Source: Rickettsiales bacterium
GTDB lineage: Bacteria > Pseudomonadota > Alphaproteobacteria > Rs-D84
Assembly: GCA_031265235.1 (NCBI GenBank)
Contig: JAISCX010000035.1
Span: 16,839 to 80,838 of the forward strand
Direction of reading: 5' to 3'
Length of the DNA stretch: 64,000 nucleotides
Shown: positions 37,837-47,606 of the stretch, piece after piece
How positions within the stretch are numbered: the stretch's first letter is position 1
Layout: each line of letters starts with the position of its first letter
Made by a program: the position numbers and the translations under genes
The notes under the pieces: model-generated
The model's database searches: none
What the model was told of the DNA's origin: nothing
What the model saw: only the letters and a program-made list of their open reading frames with translations

Positions 37837-38426
37837 TTAAATTCATAGGTTCTTTTGAAACAGCGGAATCTCTGCCAAAAAAGCAAATGCCCGAATATGC
37901 TTTCGTGGGCCGGTCCAATGTCGGGAAATCGTCTTTATTGAACGCTTTGGTCGGTCAAAAAATCGCGCGTACCAGCAATACCCCCGGCCGCACGCAATCC
38001 ATTAACTTGTTTGAGTGGTCCGTCCCGGCCGGGCCGGGCCGAGATTCTCATGTAATGTTAGCGGACCTTCCGGGTTATGGATATGCGAAAGCGTCAAAGA
38101 CGGAAATATCTAAATGGGCGCTGCGCTTGGAAAAATATCTGCTTTCGCGCGCGCAGATGAAGCGCGTGTTTATTCTGGTCGATTCGCGGCACGGCTTGAA
38201 GCCGTCGGATTTAGAGCTGATGCAGTTCTGCGATGAAAACGCGGTTCGATATCAGATAATTCTGACCAAAACGGACAAGATAAAAAAAGTTGCAAGCGAA
38301 AAGCTGAGAATTGAAACGGAAGAGCTGGTAAAAAAACGTGGCGCGGCGTGTTCAACGGTGCACGCAACATCCGCCGATAAAAAATGCGGGATAGAGGAAT
38401 TGAAAGGCGAAATAGCGAAAGAGTGA
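37833..38426 (+). CDS. engB: ribosome biogenesis GTP-binding protein YihA/EngB
   Basis: G1 GRSNVGKSSLLNAL, G3 DLPGYGYA and G4 TKTDK. Confidence 0.9.
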   Translation: MIKFIGSFETAESLPKKQMPEYAFVGRSNVGKSSLLNALVGQKIARTSNTPGRTQSINLFEWSVPAGPGRDSHVMLADLPGYGYAKASKTEISKWALRLEKYLLSRAQMKRVFILVDSRHGLKPSDLELMQFCDENAVRYQIILTKTDKIKKVASEKLRIETEELVKKRGAACSTVHATSADKKCGIEELKGEIAKE

Positions 38427-38429
38427 AAA

Positions 38430-41222
38430 GTGTCGGCGAATAACATTTTTTGCGCAAGCAACCCGGCAAAGATTGTCGACGCGCTGTGGCAGGTTCTGAC
38501 AAATAAAATCTCGGCGCGTGAAAGCGCGACGGATGATTTTTCCAACGATATAATTTTTTTGCCCAGCCGCCGCGCCGTCGGAACCGTTGAAAGGATGATT
38601 GCCGAAAAGACGGGCGCGGCCGTATTGCTGCCGCGGCTTGTCGCGCTTGGGGAAGAAGCCGAAGATGACGGGCCGCAAGAAGATAAATCTGAAAAAGGCG
38701 GCCCGGGCGCGCCGGTATCGAATCTTGAACGCGCGGCTGTCCTGGCAAAAATGCTGACCGCGCACATGGACGGCGGAATAGCCGGGACACTGCCGGTTGC
38801 GAAAGATCTGGTTCGGACGATGGATTATCTGGAAAACGAAAGGAACGCGGACCGGAAAACAGAAATAAACTGGTCTGAATTGGTTTGCGAGAAATACGCC
38901 GTGCATTTCCGGGACAAGGCGCGGTTCTTGGATTTGGCATGCAGGGCTTTGCCCCTTGTATTTCCAGGAAGAGAGACTGTCGCGCAAAAACGCAACAAGG
39001 ACGTTCGCGGCTGGATCGAATATCTGAATAAGCACAAATCACGAATAATTGTATGCGGATCAACCGGCTCGGTGCCCGCGACTGCGGACCTGATGGAATA
39101 TATCGCGGGGCGCGCTAATGGATATATTATTCTTCCTGGAAAGATAAACGAGATCCGAGATACGTTGTGCGAGATCCGAGATACAAATCCGTATTATTCT
39201 GAAATGAAGTTTCTTGAACGGATTTGTGTCATGCCAACTGATGTTCAAACGATTGATGTTGGCGAATCCGCCATAGGTTTTTTCAATTCAGCTTTTGATA
39301 ATAATACAAATCACAGATCACAAATAACAAATCACGACGCGCGTTTCACGCGCGTCGACTGTGCCCGCGAAGCGGAAGAAATGGAGACTGTCGCCGAAAT
39401 CGCAAAGGACGCCGCATCAAGCGGCAAGACCGTTCTGATCGTATCCCCGGACAAGGCCGCGGCGCAGCGGCTGCGGGAATCATTGATTATGCGATCCGTG
39501 GAATTTGACTTTTCCATCGGGATGTCCGGCGGATCGACAAAGCTGGGAAGACTTGTTTTGAACATGCTGGATGAGGGAAAAGGGAAAAGGGATGGGGGAA
39601 AAGGATATGTGCGGGACATTTGCGCTGAATACAAAAAAACGGGCGATTTGTTTGGGGCCGTCCAGAATATGGTTGAAGATTATGTGTCATCCCGGGCGCC
39701 GCTTTGCGGCGACCCGGTATCTTGTCAGGACCAGGGACTAGAAGATGTTCAAAATAACGAAGATTCCGATTATCTCCAGAATGACAAGATCCCGGGTTCC
39801 GCTTCGCGGCCCCGGGATGACACAAATCGCCACTCACAAATCACCCATCACGATATAACATCCGAAGAATCTCTGGCGGTTTGGGACGCCGTTCGCGAAG
39901 TTTCGGATATCATAAAAAATAACAGGCTTGAACTGTCAAAGCCCGATTTGCGCGGACTGGTCGCGGAAGCGTTAGATACGGTGAATATCAGGCCGCCGGG
40001 AAAGGAAGGCTGTCCCGTCTGCATTCTTGGCACAATCGAATCGCGAATGCAGACGGCGGACGTCGTGATTTTAACCGGGCTTAATGAAAACATGTTTCCG
40101 GCGACGGGTTATGAAAATCCCTGGCTGCCGCGGCGCGTATGCGACGCGCTGGGCATGCCGCCGCCCGAACGAAAAGTGTCTTTGATGGCGATGGATTTTA
40201 TTACGCTTTCCTGCGGGGGGGATGTTTATTGGACGCGGTCAAAGACATCGGGCGGATATGACACGACGGAATCGCGATTTCTGTCGCGGGTAAGTGTGAA
40301 AGAAAACAAGGGCAAGGAAATTCTTATTGATGACGGTTCCGAATGGCTTGCGCGGGTTCGCGCCCGCGACAGTGTGCCGCTGCGTCCTTTGGATTATTTA
40401 GCGCCAAAACCAAACGCCGATTGGTCGGATGTTTTTGTGACGGAATTGGAACTGCTGGTTCATAATCCGTATGCTTTTTATGCCAGACATATATTGCGCC
40501 TGAGACCATCGCCGGATCCGTGGGATGACGCATCCGCGATTGATTTCGGAAATATCGTGCACGAGGCGATAAAGGAATTGACGATATCCGAAAAGGACAC
40601 GCAATGTCGCGACATTATCGAAATACTTAAACAGAAAGCGAAAGAAAAGCTGGAACCCGGCAGCATTCTGTTTCATTTCTGGGATGCGCGCTTTAAAGAA
40701 ATGGCGCCGTTGGTAAAAGAATTTATAGACGAGGCTAAAAGCGACGACGTTGTGTGGTCTGCCGCGGAAGACGCGGCCACGGGCGTTGTTGAAATCGCGG
40801 GCCGAAATGTTCGCGCCAAGGCGGATTGCGTTTATGTAAAGAGGGAAGAGGGAAGAGGGAAGAGGGAAGAAATCGGTTGTGCCATAGATATAAAAACCGG
40901 AAGGGTGCCTTCGAATTCTCAATTAGATAACGGCATGATGCCGCAGCTGCCGTTAGAGGCATATATGCTGAAAAATAAAAAGTTTACCGGGCAAAACGTT
41001 TTGCCCGCGCGCGTCGTTATGAAGTTCCTGCAACTTTCCCGCGGAAAATGCGGCGTGATTGAATATGCGGGCGAAGACTTGGATAATAAAATCGGCGCGG
41101 CGATCGCCAAGACGACCGAATTGTTCAATATGTATTCCGCGGGCGGCAAGGCGTATGAGTATCGCGAAACAGGGGACGATAAATACAAGGCATACGACGA
41201 TCTGGCGCGGGCGTGGGATTAG
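38430..41222 (+). CDS. addB: double-strand break repair nuclease AddB-like (alphaproteobacterial type) riddled with in-frame repeat insertions
   Basis: IIFLPSRRAV...LLPRLVALG resembles the AddB N-terminus and TVLIVSPDKAAAQRLRESL is AddB-like. The C-terminal block AKADCVYV...AIDIKTGR is PD-(D/E)XK-like. Inserts include EGKGKRDGGKG, KREEGRGKREE and an RPE-like copy. Confidence 0.5.
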   Translation: MSANNIFCASNPAKIVDALWQVLTNKISARESATDDFSNDIIFLPSRRAVGTVERMIAEKTGAAVLLPRLVALGEEAEDDGPQEDKSEKGGPGAPVSNLERAAVLAKMLTAHMDGGIAGTLPVAKDLVRTMDYLENERNADRKTEINWSELVCEKYAVHFRDKARFLDLACRALPLVFPGRETVAQKRNKDVRGWIEYLNKHKSRIIVCGSTGSVPATADLMEYIAGRANGYIILPGKINEIRDTLCEIRDTNPYYSEMKFLERICVMPTDVQTIDVGESAIGFFNSAFDNNTNHRSQITNHDARFTRVDCAREAEEMETVAEIAKDAASSGKTVLIVSPDKAAAQRLRESLIMRSVEFDFSIGMSGGSTKLGRLVLNMLDEGKGKRDGGKGYVRDICAEYKKTGDLFGAVQNMVEDYVSSRAPLCGDPVSCQDQGLEDVQNNEDSDYLQNDKIPGSASRPRDDTNRHSQITHHDITSEESLAVWDAVREVSDIIKNNRLELSKPDLRGLVAEALDTVNIRPPGKEGCPVCILGTIESRMQTADVVILTGLNENMFPATGYENPWLPRRVCDALGMPPPERKVSLMAMDFITLSCGGDVYWTRSKTSGGYDTTESRFLSRVSVKENKGKEILIDDGSEWLARVRARDSVPLRPLDYLAPKPNADWSDVFVTELELLVHNPYAFYARHILRLRPSPDPWDDASAIDFGNIVHEAIKELTISEKDTQCRDIIEILKQKAKEKLEPGSILFHFWDARFKEMAPLVKEFIDEAKSDDVVWSAAEDAATGVVEIAGRNVRAKADCVYVKREEGRGKREEIGCAIDIKTGRVPSNSQLDNGMMPQLPLEAYMLKNKKFTGQNVLPARVVMKFLQLSRGKCGVIEYAGEDLDNKIGAAIAKTTELFNMYSAGGKAYEYRETGDDKYKAYDDLARAWD
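39686..39821. mobile_element. RPE-like palindromic element, copy B (in-frame within addB)
   Basis: tgtcatcccgggcgccgctttgcggcgacccgg...cccgggttccgcttcgcggccccgggatgaca, the same architecture as copies A and C. Confidence 0.7.
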
Positions 41223-41525
41223 AGTAAGAGGGTGAAAGAGCTTATTTAATTTCATAATTCACTACTTTCTTACTCTTCTACTCTCCTACTCTTAATAAAA
41301 AATACTTCGTGCTAAAAAACACAACTCGCAGACACAAAGGCTTTGCGGGTTATTTCTTGGAATCGCCAAAATCCTATGTAGCATGCCCAGACAGCCCCAA
41401 ACACCCATAAAAACCGCTTTTGGTAGATTTATTTACTATGGATTATTTTTATATATTTTGCTAAAATTATCGTTGTCCTTTATAAAGGACAAGTAATATA
41501 TAACCAAATATTTTAGGAAAAAATT

Positions 41526-42368
41526 ATGATCGACCCAAGAATTGAACAAATGTTTACGCCTGGACTTTTGGAAGAATACGATATTCTTAAAATCGCACTA
41601 ACATATTATGACGAGTTAGAGGCATCTTGCCAAAAGCCCATATCGGAATATGTCGCCAAAAATCCAAACCAATCGGACTATAAAGTTATAGAGGCGGGCT
41701 TTGGGACATTTATCACGACCAATAATATCTTGGCGGCTGGCGATAAAATATCTGTATATGCTTTTGACCCAGATATAGGCATGTTCAAGAACGCTATTAG
41801 AACTTTTCTTGAATGGAAAAATAAGTCGGGAGGTTTTACAAAAGTTGGAACGAATGAACGGGATTTAATAGACCTTGCCGATAGCGATATTGATTTTGCT
41901 AAAACTAAGTGTGTAGCGTATTTTGACCGCAATTCGTTTATGAAAGTGATAGTATTTTGTGATAAGATTCAAGACGGATTAAAATTATATTCTGATGGTT
42001 ATTTTGACGGTTTTGCGTCGGGCTTTATGTTGCATAATCTAACCCCTGAACAAAGAACAGATATATTTCCATATATATCCAAAGTCATAAAGTCGGGTGG
42101 ATTTTATGTAAATGTGGACAAGTATGCGGTGGATGATGACGCGAAACATAAAGAAGAATATAATGCTGAAATCGTGTTGCTGGACAAATTGGAGCAAAAT
42201 GGATATCCGCAAGTAAAACAGGAATGGATTGACCATTACGAAAAAGACGACACTATCAAATTCACTCACGCAGAACAGCAAAAATTGCTGTCCGATAACG
42301 GATTTTCAGAACCAATAAATCTATTTAAAGAATTGTTATCTGAAACATTTTCGGCGACTAAAAAATAA
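41526..42368 (+). CDS. SAM-dependent methyltransferase-like protein (AT-rich, likely acquired)
   Basis: VIEAGFGTFITTNNILAAG is a motif I-like segment and MLHNLTPEQRTDIFPYISKVIKSGGFYVN follows. Flanked by similar hairpins (ttgtcctttataaaggacaa; gtttgtccattataatggacaaac). Confidence 0.5.
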   Translation: MIDPRIEQMFTPGLLEEYDILKIALTYYDELEASCQKPISEYVAKNPNQSDYKVIEAGFGTFITTNNILAAGDKISVYAFDPDIGMFKNAIRTFLEWKNKSGGFTKVGTNERDLIDLADSDIDFAKTKCVAYFDRNSFMKVIVFCDKIQDGLKLYSDGYFDGFASGFMLHNLTPEQRTDIFPYISKVIKSGGFYVNVDKYAVDDDAKHKEEYNAEIVLLDKLEQNGYPQVKQEWIDHYEKDDTIKFTHAEQQKLLSDNGFSEPINLFKELLSETFSATKK

Positions 42369-42571
42369 AATTGCTATTCGTTTGTCCATTATAATGGACA
42401 AACACTACATTGACTTGTTCGGTGTATGTATTGGATATGTAGCAATCTCTATGTAGCGTAGCGAATAGTTGGGATGTCTGCAAACTGCCTCAATCTGCAC
42501 CCGTTTGACCCGAAATAACCTCAAATGACCCGCCAAATGGGAACTATAAAAAACGGCGCAAAGCGCCGTTT

Positions 42572-44152
42572 TTATTCTTTCCTTATCGGATATTCGCCTT
42601 GTTCCAGTTTTTCGCGGACAACATGGTGCTTTATTTTTTGCGTTGATGTCAGCGGCAGATCATCCGTCGTCATTGCGAAATGTGTCACCCATTTATAGCT
42701 GGCCACCCTTTTGTTCTTTTCCGCGACGGCCGCGGCAAGCTTTGCCAATGTCATGCCTTCGTCCACTGAAAACACGCCGTATGCCACGGTCTTGTTCTTG
42801 ACGGCATGTTCAAATACCGCGATGTTTTTAACGCCGGGAATTTCCAGAAACAATGCCTCTAATTCGTCCGGATAGACGTTTTTTCCGGAATCCAGCACGA
42901 TCACCTGCTTTTTGCGTCCGTGGAAATGCAATTCCCCGTTCGTGTCCATGCTGACCAGATCGCCGGTGTTAAAGAATCCGCGTTCGTCAAAAATTTCGGA
43001 ATTCACAATCGGATTGTTCAGGTATCCGCCAAACACCTGATGCCCGCGCAGCCACAGCACGCCGATGCCTTCGCTGTTTTTATCGCGCAGCTCGCAATCG
43101 TTGTTCGTGATGGGGCCCCCGAATGCAAACGGGAAACGGTGCTTGCCCGGCTTTGATATGCAGATAGGCCCGACTGTTTCCGTCAATCCGTATCCTTGGA
43201 TAAAGGGCAGACCCAGACGTTCATAAAAGGTCTCTACTTCCGGTTTGGTTGCTGCGCCGCCGGCAATAAGCAGACTGACGCGGCCGCCGAATACGGCAAG
43301 CACGGGATCCTGGATTTTTTTGACCAGAAATCCAAATCCGATTTTCTTTAAAACAGGTCCGAATTTCAAGACAAAGCTTGCCAGCCACCACAGCTTTTTC
43401 TTTTTAAAGTTTTCAATGATCTTGTTGCGGAATACTTCCCAAAGTCGCGGCACGGCCGGAATGACATGCGGCCGGTATTGCTTAAAGTCGTCGAGAATCC
43501 CCGCGGGATTGACGGCCGCCTGCAACAGGACGCTGGAACGGTAATGGATGGACGCCAAAATCTCTACGGCAAAACCGTAAACATGATACATCGGCAGAAA
43601 ACCATAGATTATATATCCCCTGTCGAACCAGGCACTCATGTCTTCCAGCGAATTTGCGCATTCTATCAGGTTGAAATGGGTCAGCGGCACGATTTTCGGA
43701 ACACCCGTGGAACCCGATGTGAAAGACAAGGTCGCTATATCCGGTGATTCAACCGCAGCCGGCTGCAAATCCTGGTTGATGCCGGCGTCTTCGGATTCTA
43801 TGTCATAGAACGCAAAGTTTTTCGTCTTGAAAAAGAAAGACTTTTCCGCACAGACGAGGCGGCAATTCGCAAGGCTTGCCATATTGTCGTATTCAAACGG
43901 CGTCAGGTTCGTGTCCAGCAATAACGCCTGGGCCCCCAGATACCATATTGCGAAAGCGGTCAGCGGAAATTCCGGGATATTGTGGGACAGGATTCCGATC
44001 ACGTCGTCCTTTTTGACGCCCATATTGGCCAGCGTTGCCGCCCGCTTTTTGACGTTTTCATTAAATTTGGAATATGTTATCCCTTCGCGGGTAAGGAAAA
44101 GCATATCCGGCGCGTCTGCGACGGCGCTTTCCAGAAATTGATACATGTTCAT
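42572..44152 (-). CDS. AMP-dependent synthetase/ligase (acyl-CoA synthetase family)
   Basis: LSFTSGSTGVPKIV is the AMP-binding motif, with YGLTETVG and GDLVSMDTNGELHFHGRKK. AAAGGAA RBS before MNMYQF. Confidence 0.8.
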   Translation of the reverse strand: MNMYQFLESAVADAPDMLFLTREGITYSKFNENVKKRAATLANMGVKKDDVIGILSHNIPEFPLTAFAIWYLGAQALLLDTNLTPFEYDNMASLANCRLVCAEKSFFFKTKNFAFYDIESEDAGINQDLQPAAVESPDIATLSFTSGSTGVPKIVPLTHFNLIECANSLEDMSAWFDRGYIIYGFLPMYHVYGFAVEILASIHYRSSVLLQAAVNPAGILDDFKQYRPHVIPAVPRLWEVFRNKIIENFKKKKLWWLASFVLKFGPVLKKIGFGFLVKKIQDPVLAVFGGRVSLLIAGGAATKPEVETFYERLGLPFIQGYGLTETVGPICISKPGKHRFPFAFGGPITNNDCELRDKNSEGIGVLWLRGHQVFGGYLNNPIVNSEIFDERGFFNTGDLVSMDTNGELHFHGRKKQVIVLDSGKNVYPDELEALFLEIPGVKNIAVFEHAVKNKTVAYGVFSVDEGMTLAKLAAAVAEKNKRVASYKWVTHFAMTTDDLPLTSTQKIKHHVVREKLEQGEYPIRKE

Positions 44153-44199
44153 AATAAAAATTCCTTTGAGTTTATATTGGACAAAGGGTATTATAGATG

Positions 44200-44236
44200 A
44201 GGAATTAGCAATTAGCAATTAACAATTAACAATTTA
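44200..44236. repeat. heptamer tandem repeat (TTAGCAA)2(TTAACAA)2 in xthA promoter region
   Basis: attagcaattagcaattaacaattaacaattt read from sequence. Confidence 0.6.
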
Positions 44237-44247
44237 GGAATGTTTAA

Positions 44248-45018
44248 ATGAAAATATTGTCAATAAACATCAATTCAATCCGCGCGCATGCGGAAAGCTT
44301 TATAAAGGTTTTGACCGCGCGCGCGCCGGACGTGGTTCTGGTTCAGGAAACAAAAGTCGAAGATCACGCGTTTCCGCATGTCTTGTTTGAACATTTGGGA
44401 TACAATGTTAAGACTTTCGGCCAAAAATCATGGAACGGCGTCGCGGTTTTTTCAAAGGCATCGATAGAAGATGTCGTCAAAGGCCTGTCCGGTCATTCTG
44501 ATCCGGCCGCACGGATGCTGGAATGCGTTATCGATGGGCGCATTCGTATAATAAACGTATATATGCCGAACGGAGAGGCAACCGATTCCCCGAAATTTCC
44601 GCCGAAAATAGAATGGATGAATCATTTCACCCGGCATATCGAACCGCTGTTGCATTCGGAAGAGCCGGTAATAATAGGCGGCGATTTTAATGTCGCAATA
44701 GAAGACCGGGACGTCTGGAATCCGACTGCATACATTGGATCCAGCATTTCTGCGCCCGCCGCGCGCGACATTATGCGGAAATGGCTGGATGCCGGATGGA
44801 TTGACTGTTATCGCAAATATCATCCGACGCAGGAAAAACCATGGACATGGATCGGATATCGCGGCGGATCGCTGGGCAAAGACAACGGTCTGCGGCTGGA
44901 TTATTTCCTGGCCAACAATGCGGCGGAAAAATTGATAAAGGGCTGTGATATAGACATGATGCCCCGGACAGAGGATAAGCCGACGGATCATTGCGGATTG
45001 GTTCTTGAAATCGCATAG
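44248..45018 (+). CDS. xthA: exodeoxyribonuclease III
   Basis: MKILSININSIRA...VVLVQETKV, colinear with E. coli XthA. The C-terminal PTDHCGLVLEI matches. Confidence 0.9.
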   Translation: MKILSININSIRAHAESFIKVLTARAPDVVLVQETKVEDHAFPHVLFEHLGYNVKTFGQKSWNGVAVFSKASIEDVVKGLSGHSDPAARMLECVIDGRIRIINVYMPNGEATDSPKFPPKIEWMNHFTRHIEPLLHSEEPVIIGGDFNVAIEDRDVWNPTAYIGSSISAPAARDIMRKWLDAGWIDCYRKYHPTQEKPWTWIGYRGGSLGKDNGLRLDYFLANNAAEKLIKGCDIDMMPRTEDKPTDHCGLVLEIA

Positions 45019-45059
45019 CGGTTTCAAGAAAATGACAAATAATTTAAAAAGGCAGTGAA

Positions 45060-45782
45060 ATGAAAATAGTTGCGATTGGCGGCGGTCAAAACGGCAGAAA
45101 GAAAACCATGCCGGACGGAACGGTAAAGCAATACCCTTTTGACAATGTGCCTATAAATAAAAAGATTATTGAATTATCAGGTAAGAAAAATCCTAATTTG
45201 CTGTTGCTTGGGACTGCTGGTCGTGATGTGGTGTCATTCACGGATTACTTGGCAGACCATTTCAAGTCTCTTGGTGCAAATGTTTCGGAATTGAAACTGG
45301 CGGAAAACAACCCGACAGAGGCGGAAATGAGAAAAATTTTAGATAAAACAGATATCGTTTATGCAGGCGGCGGAGACACTTTGATTCTGATGAATCGTTG
45401 GCGTGAAACAGGTTTTGACAGACTGTTGAAAGAATACGGCGACCAGGGGGTTGTTCTTTCGGGATTGTCCGCCGGTGGGATATGTTGGTTTGACTATTAT
45501 GACAACGATGAATATATTGACGGAGATATGTCAAAACTGGATTTTCTGCCGGGACTTGGGTTTATCAAAGGATTTGCAGTTCCGCATTATGACGATAAAA
45601 CGCCGGAAGAAAAGAAATTGTTTGATAACTTGCTTGTTAAGAAAGGTGTCGTTGGATATGGAATTGATAATAATGCCGCGATAATTTTTGATAATGGAAA
45701 AATGTCCATCATGTCCAGCCAGCCAAATGTCGGAATACATTATTTGAATACGCCTAAACAAAACATGAAAGAACGTGGGTAA
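45060..45782 (+). CDS. peptidase S51 family (dipeptidase E-like)
   Basis: YAGGGDTLILMNRWRETG...LSGLSAGGICWFD aligns with PepE GGGNTF...GWSAGAN. Confidence 0.7.
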   Translation: MKIVAIGGGQNGRKKTMPDGTVKQYPFDNVPINKKIIELSGKKNPNLLLLGTAGRDVVSFTDYLADHFKSLGANVSELKLAENNPTEAEMRKILDKTDIVYAGGGDTLILMNRWRETGFDRLLKEYGDQGVVLSGLSAGGICWFDYYDNDEYIDGDMSKLDFLPGLGFIKGFAVPHYDDKTPEEKKLFDNLLVKKGVVGYGIDNNAAIIFDNGKMSIMSSQPNVGIHYLNTPKQNMKERG

Positions 45783-45889
45783 AATTTGAGATTTCAGACA
45801 TATTCTGGACATAGAAATTGCACAATAAAAAAACAATCACCCGCAGACCTATAAAATCTGCGGGTTTGATTTTTTGCACAAAGCTGTTT

Positions 45890-46315
45890 TTATTTGGCGT
45901 TTTTTTCTTCATACAGTTTTTGAAAATCAACCGGTTGCATCGCGAATGGCGGGAATCCGCTTTCCGCCGTCAGACGCACGACCAGTGCGCGCACGCTTGG
46001 GAATATCAATGTCGGCACTTCGATCAGCAGCGTCCGTTTCAATTCCTCTTCGTTTTCGGTCTTTTCCATCTGGACCAGTCCGGAATAAGTGCATTCGATC
46101 ATGAATATGGATTTGTCGCCCTGTTCCAGCTTGCTGTGCAGTTTCGTGATCAAATCAACCATATACAGATTGTTTTCGGTGCCCTTAATCTGGATATCGA
46201 TATTGATTTCCATCTTGGCTTGGCCGTTTTCCTGTTTAAAGAACAATTCCGGAACGTTCGGGCTTTCAAAAGAAATGTCCTTTAAAAACTGGGATATTAT
46301 ATTGAATTGCGGCAT
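45890..46315 (-). CDS. secB: protein-export chaperone SecB
   Basis: 141 aa colinear with SecB, beginning MPQFNIISQFLKDISFESPNVPELF. Confidence 0.85.
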   Translation of the reverse strand: MPQFNIISQFLKDISFESPNVPELFFKQENGQAKMEINIDIQIKGTENNLYMVDLITKLHSKLEQGDKSIFMIECTYSGLVQMEKTENEEELKRTLLIEVPTLIFPSVRALVVRLTAESGFPPFAMQPVDFQKLYEEKNAK

Positions 46316-46412
46316 TGATTGCTCCTTTGTTTGCGTGCCATTTTATGATAATATAGCATAAACGAATAATTTTTCAAGCCCGGGGCCTGAAAAATAATTA
46401 ATGGAATCTGAA

Positions 46413-47495
46413 ATGAAAAAATCTTTGATATTTGCTATTTGCTCTCTTCTCTTTGTTTATGGTTGCCGCGACTTGACGCAGCAAAGCCCGTCCGTCACGA
46501 CGGACGACGGAATAAAGCCGCGGAATTTGACGCGCGCGTCGTTTTCCGATTTGCCGGGGTGGCGCGCGGATGACGTGCGTTATGCGCTGAAAGCTTTCCG
46601 CAATACGTGCAAAGCAAAAATAAGCTATTCCGGCAAGGTTGTCCCGGACCGGTATCTGCTGGAAGAAAAGTGCCGGGTTTTGCCGAATGAATCCGCGGAC
46701 AATGCCACCGTCCGCGCATGGTTTGAATCGCATTTCCAGCCTTATAAAATAGCGGACGAATCCGGCAAGACCAAGGGAACGTTTACGGGGTATTATTCCC
46801 CTGTCGTACAGGCATGCCGCGCGCAGACTGCGAAGTGCAGCGTGCCGATTATGGATACGCCCGTCGACGGCCGCCAGTATAAAGGCGTCGATAGCAAAAC
46901 ATTGGTCAAGGGCAGAATCGGCCGCGTGATTTTCTGGATAGATCCGATTGACTTGCAGGATATGGGATCGGCAACGCTGATACTTGATGACGGGACCAAG
47001 GCAAAGGTAAACGTCGCGTCCACGAACGATCTGCCGTTCAACGGGATCGGGGGCCAGCTGAAAAATCGCGGAATCCGTCCCGCGGACGGATACGGCATGA
47101 AGTCGGTCCGCGCACACCTGAAACAAAATCGGACGCTTGCCAATGAACTGATAGACAATAATCCGCGGTACGTATATTACCGCCAGTCGGATAATTTCGA
47201 TGTGATCGGAAACATGGGCGTGGGCTTGTCAAAAATACGCTCCATCGCCATGGATACCAGCATTTATTCATTGGGGCTGCCGGTTTTTGTGGATACAAAC
47301 CTGTCAGATTCCAGCAAGTTTCAGCGTCTTATGATCGCCCAGGATACCGGTGGCGCAATCAAGGGCTGGGTGCGCGCAGACATTTATTTCGGCGTGGGGG
47401 ACGACGCGTTTCAATACGCCCAGGGACAGTATTCAAGCGGCGAAGCATACATACTTATGCCGAAACAGTATGAATACGTAAAGCCAAGCTTTTAA
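46413..47495 (+). CDS. mltA: membrane-bound lytic murein transglycosylase A
   Basis: Lipobox LLFVYGC. TFTGYYSP is the MltA motif, and the C-terminal 3D domain is AQDTGGAIKGWVRADIYFGVGDDA. Confidence 0.8.
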   Translation: MKKSLIFAICSLLFVYGCRDLTQQSPSVTTDDGIKPRNLTRASFSDLPGWRADDVRYALKAFRNTCKAKISYSGKVVPDRYLLEEKCRVLPNESADNATVRAWFESHFQPYKIADESGKTKGTFTGYYSPVVQACRAQTAKCSVPIMDTPVDGRQYKGVDSKTLVKGRIGRVIFWIDPIDLQDMGSATLILDDGTKAKVNVASTNDLPFNGIGGQLKNRGIRPADGYGMKSVRAHLKQNRTLANELIDNNPRYVYYRQSDNFDVIGNMGVGLSKIRSIAMDTSIYSLGLPVFVDTNLSDSSKFQRLMIAQDTGGAIKGWVRADIYFGVGDDAFQYAQGQYSSGEAYILMPKQYEYVKPSF

Positions 47496-47606
47496 AGCAA
47501 ATTATCATTGCGTGCGGACAGAATTCGCGAAGCAATTTTTTAAATTCGGGAATTAAGGGACTCTCTTGAATCCGCGAAATTGCTTTGTCGCCTGCGGCCC
47601 ATCGCA

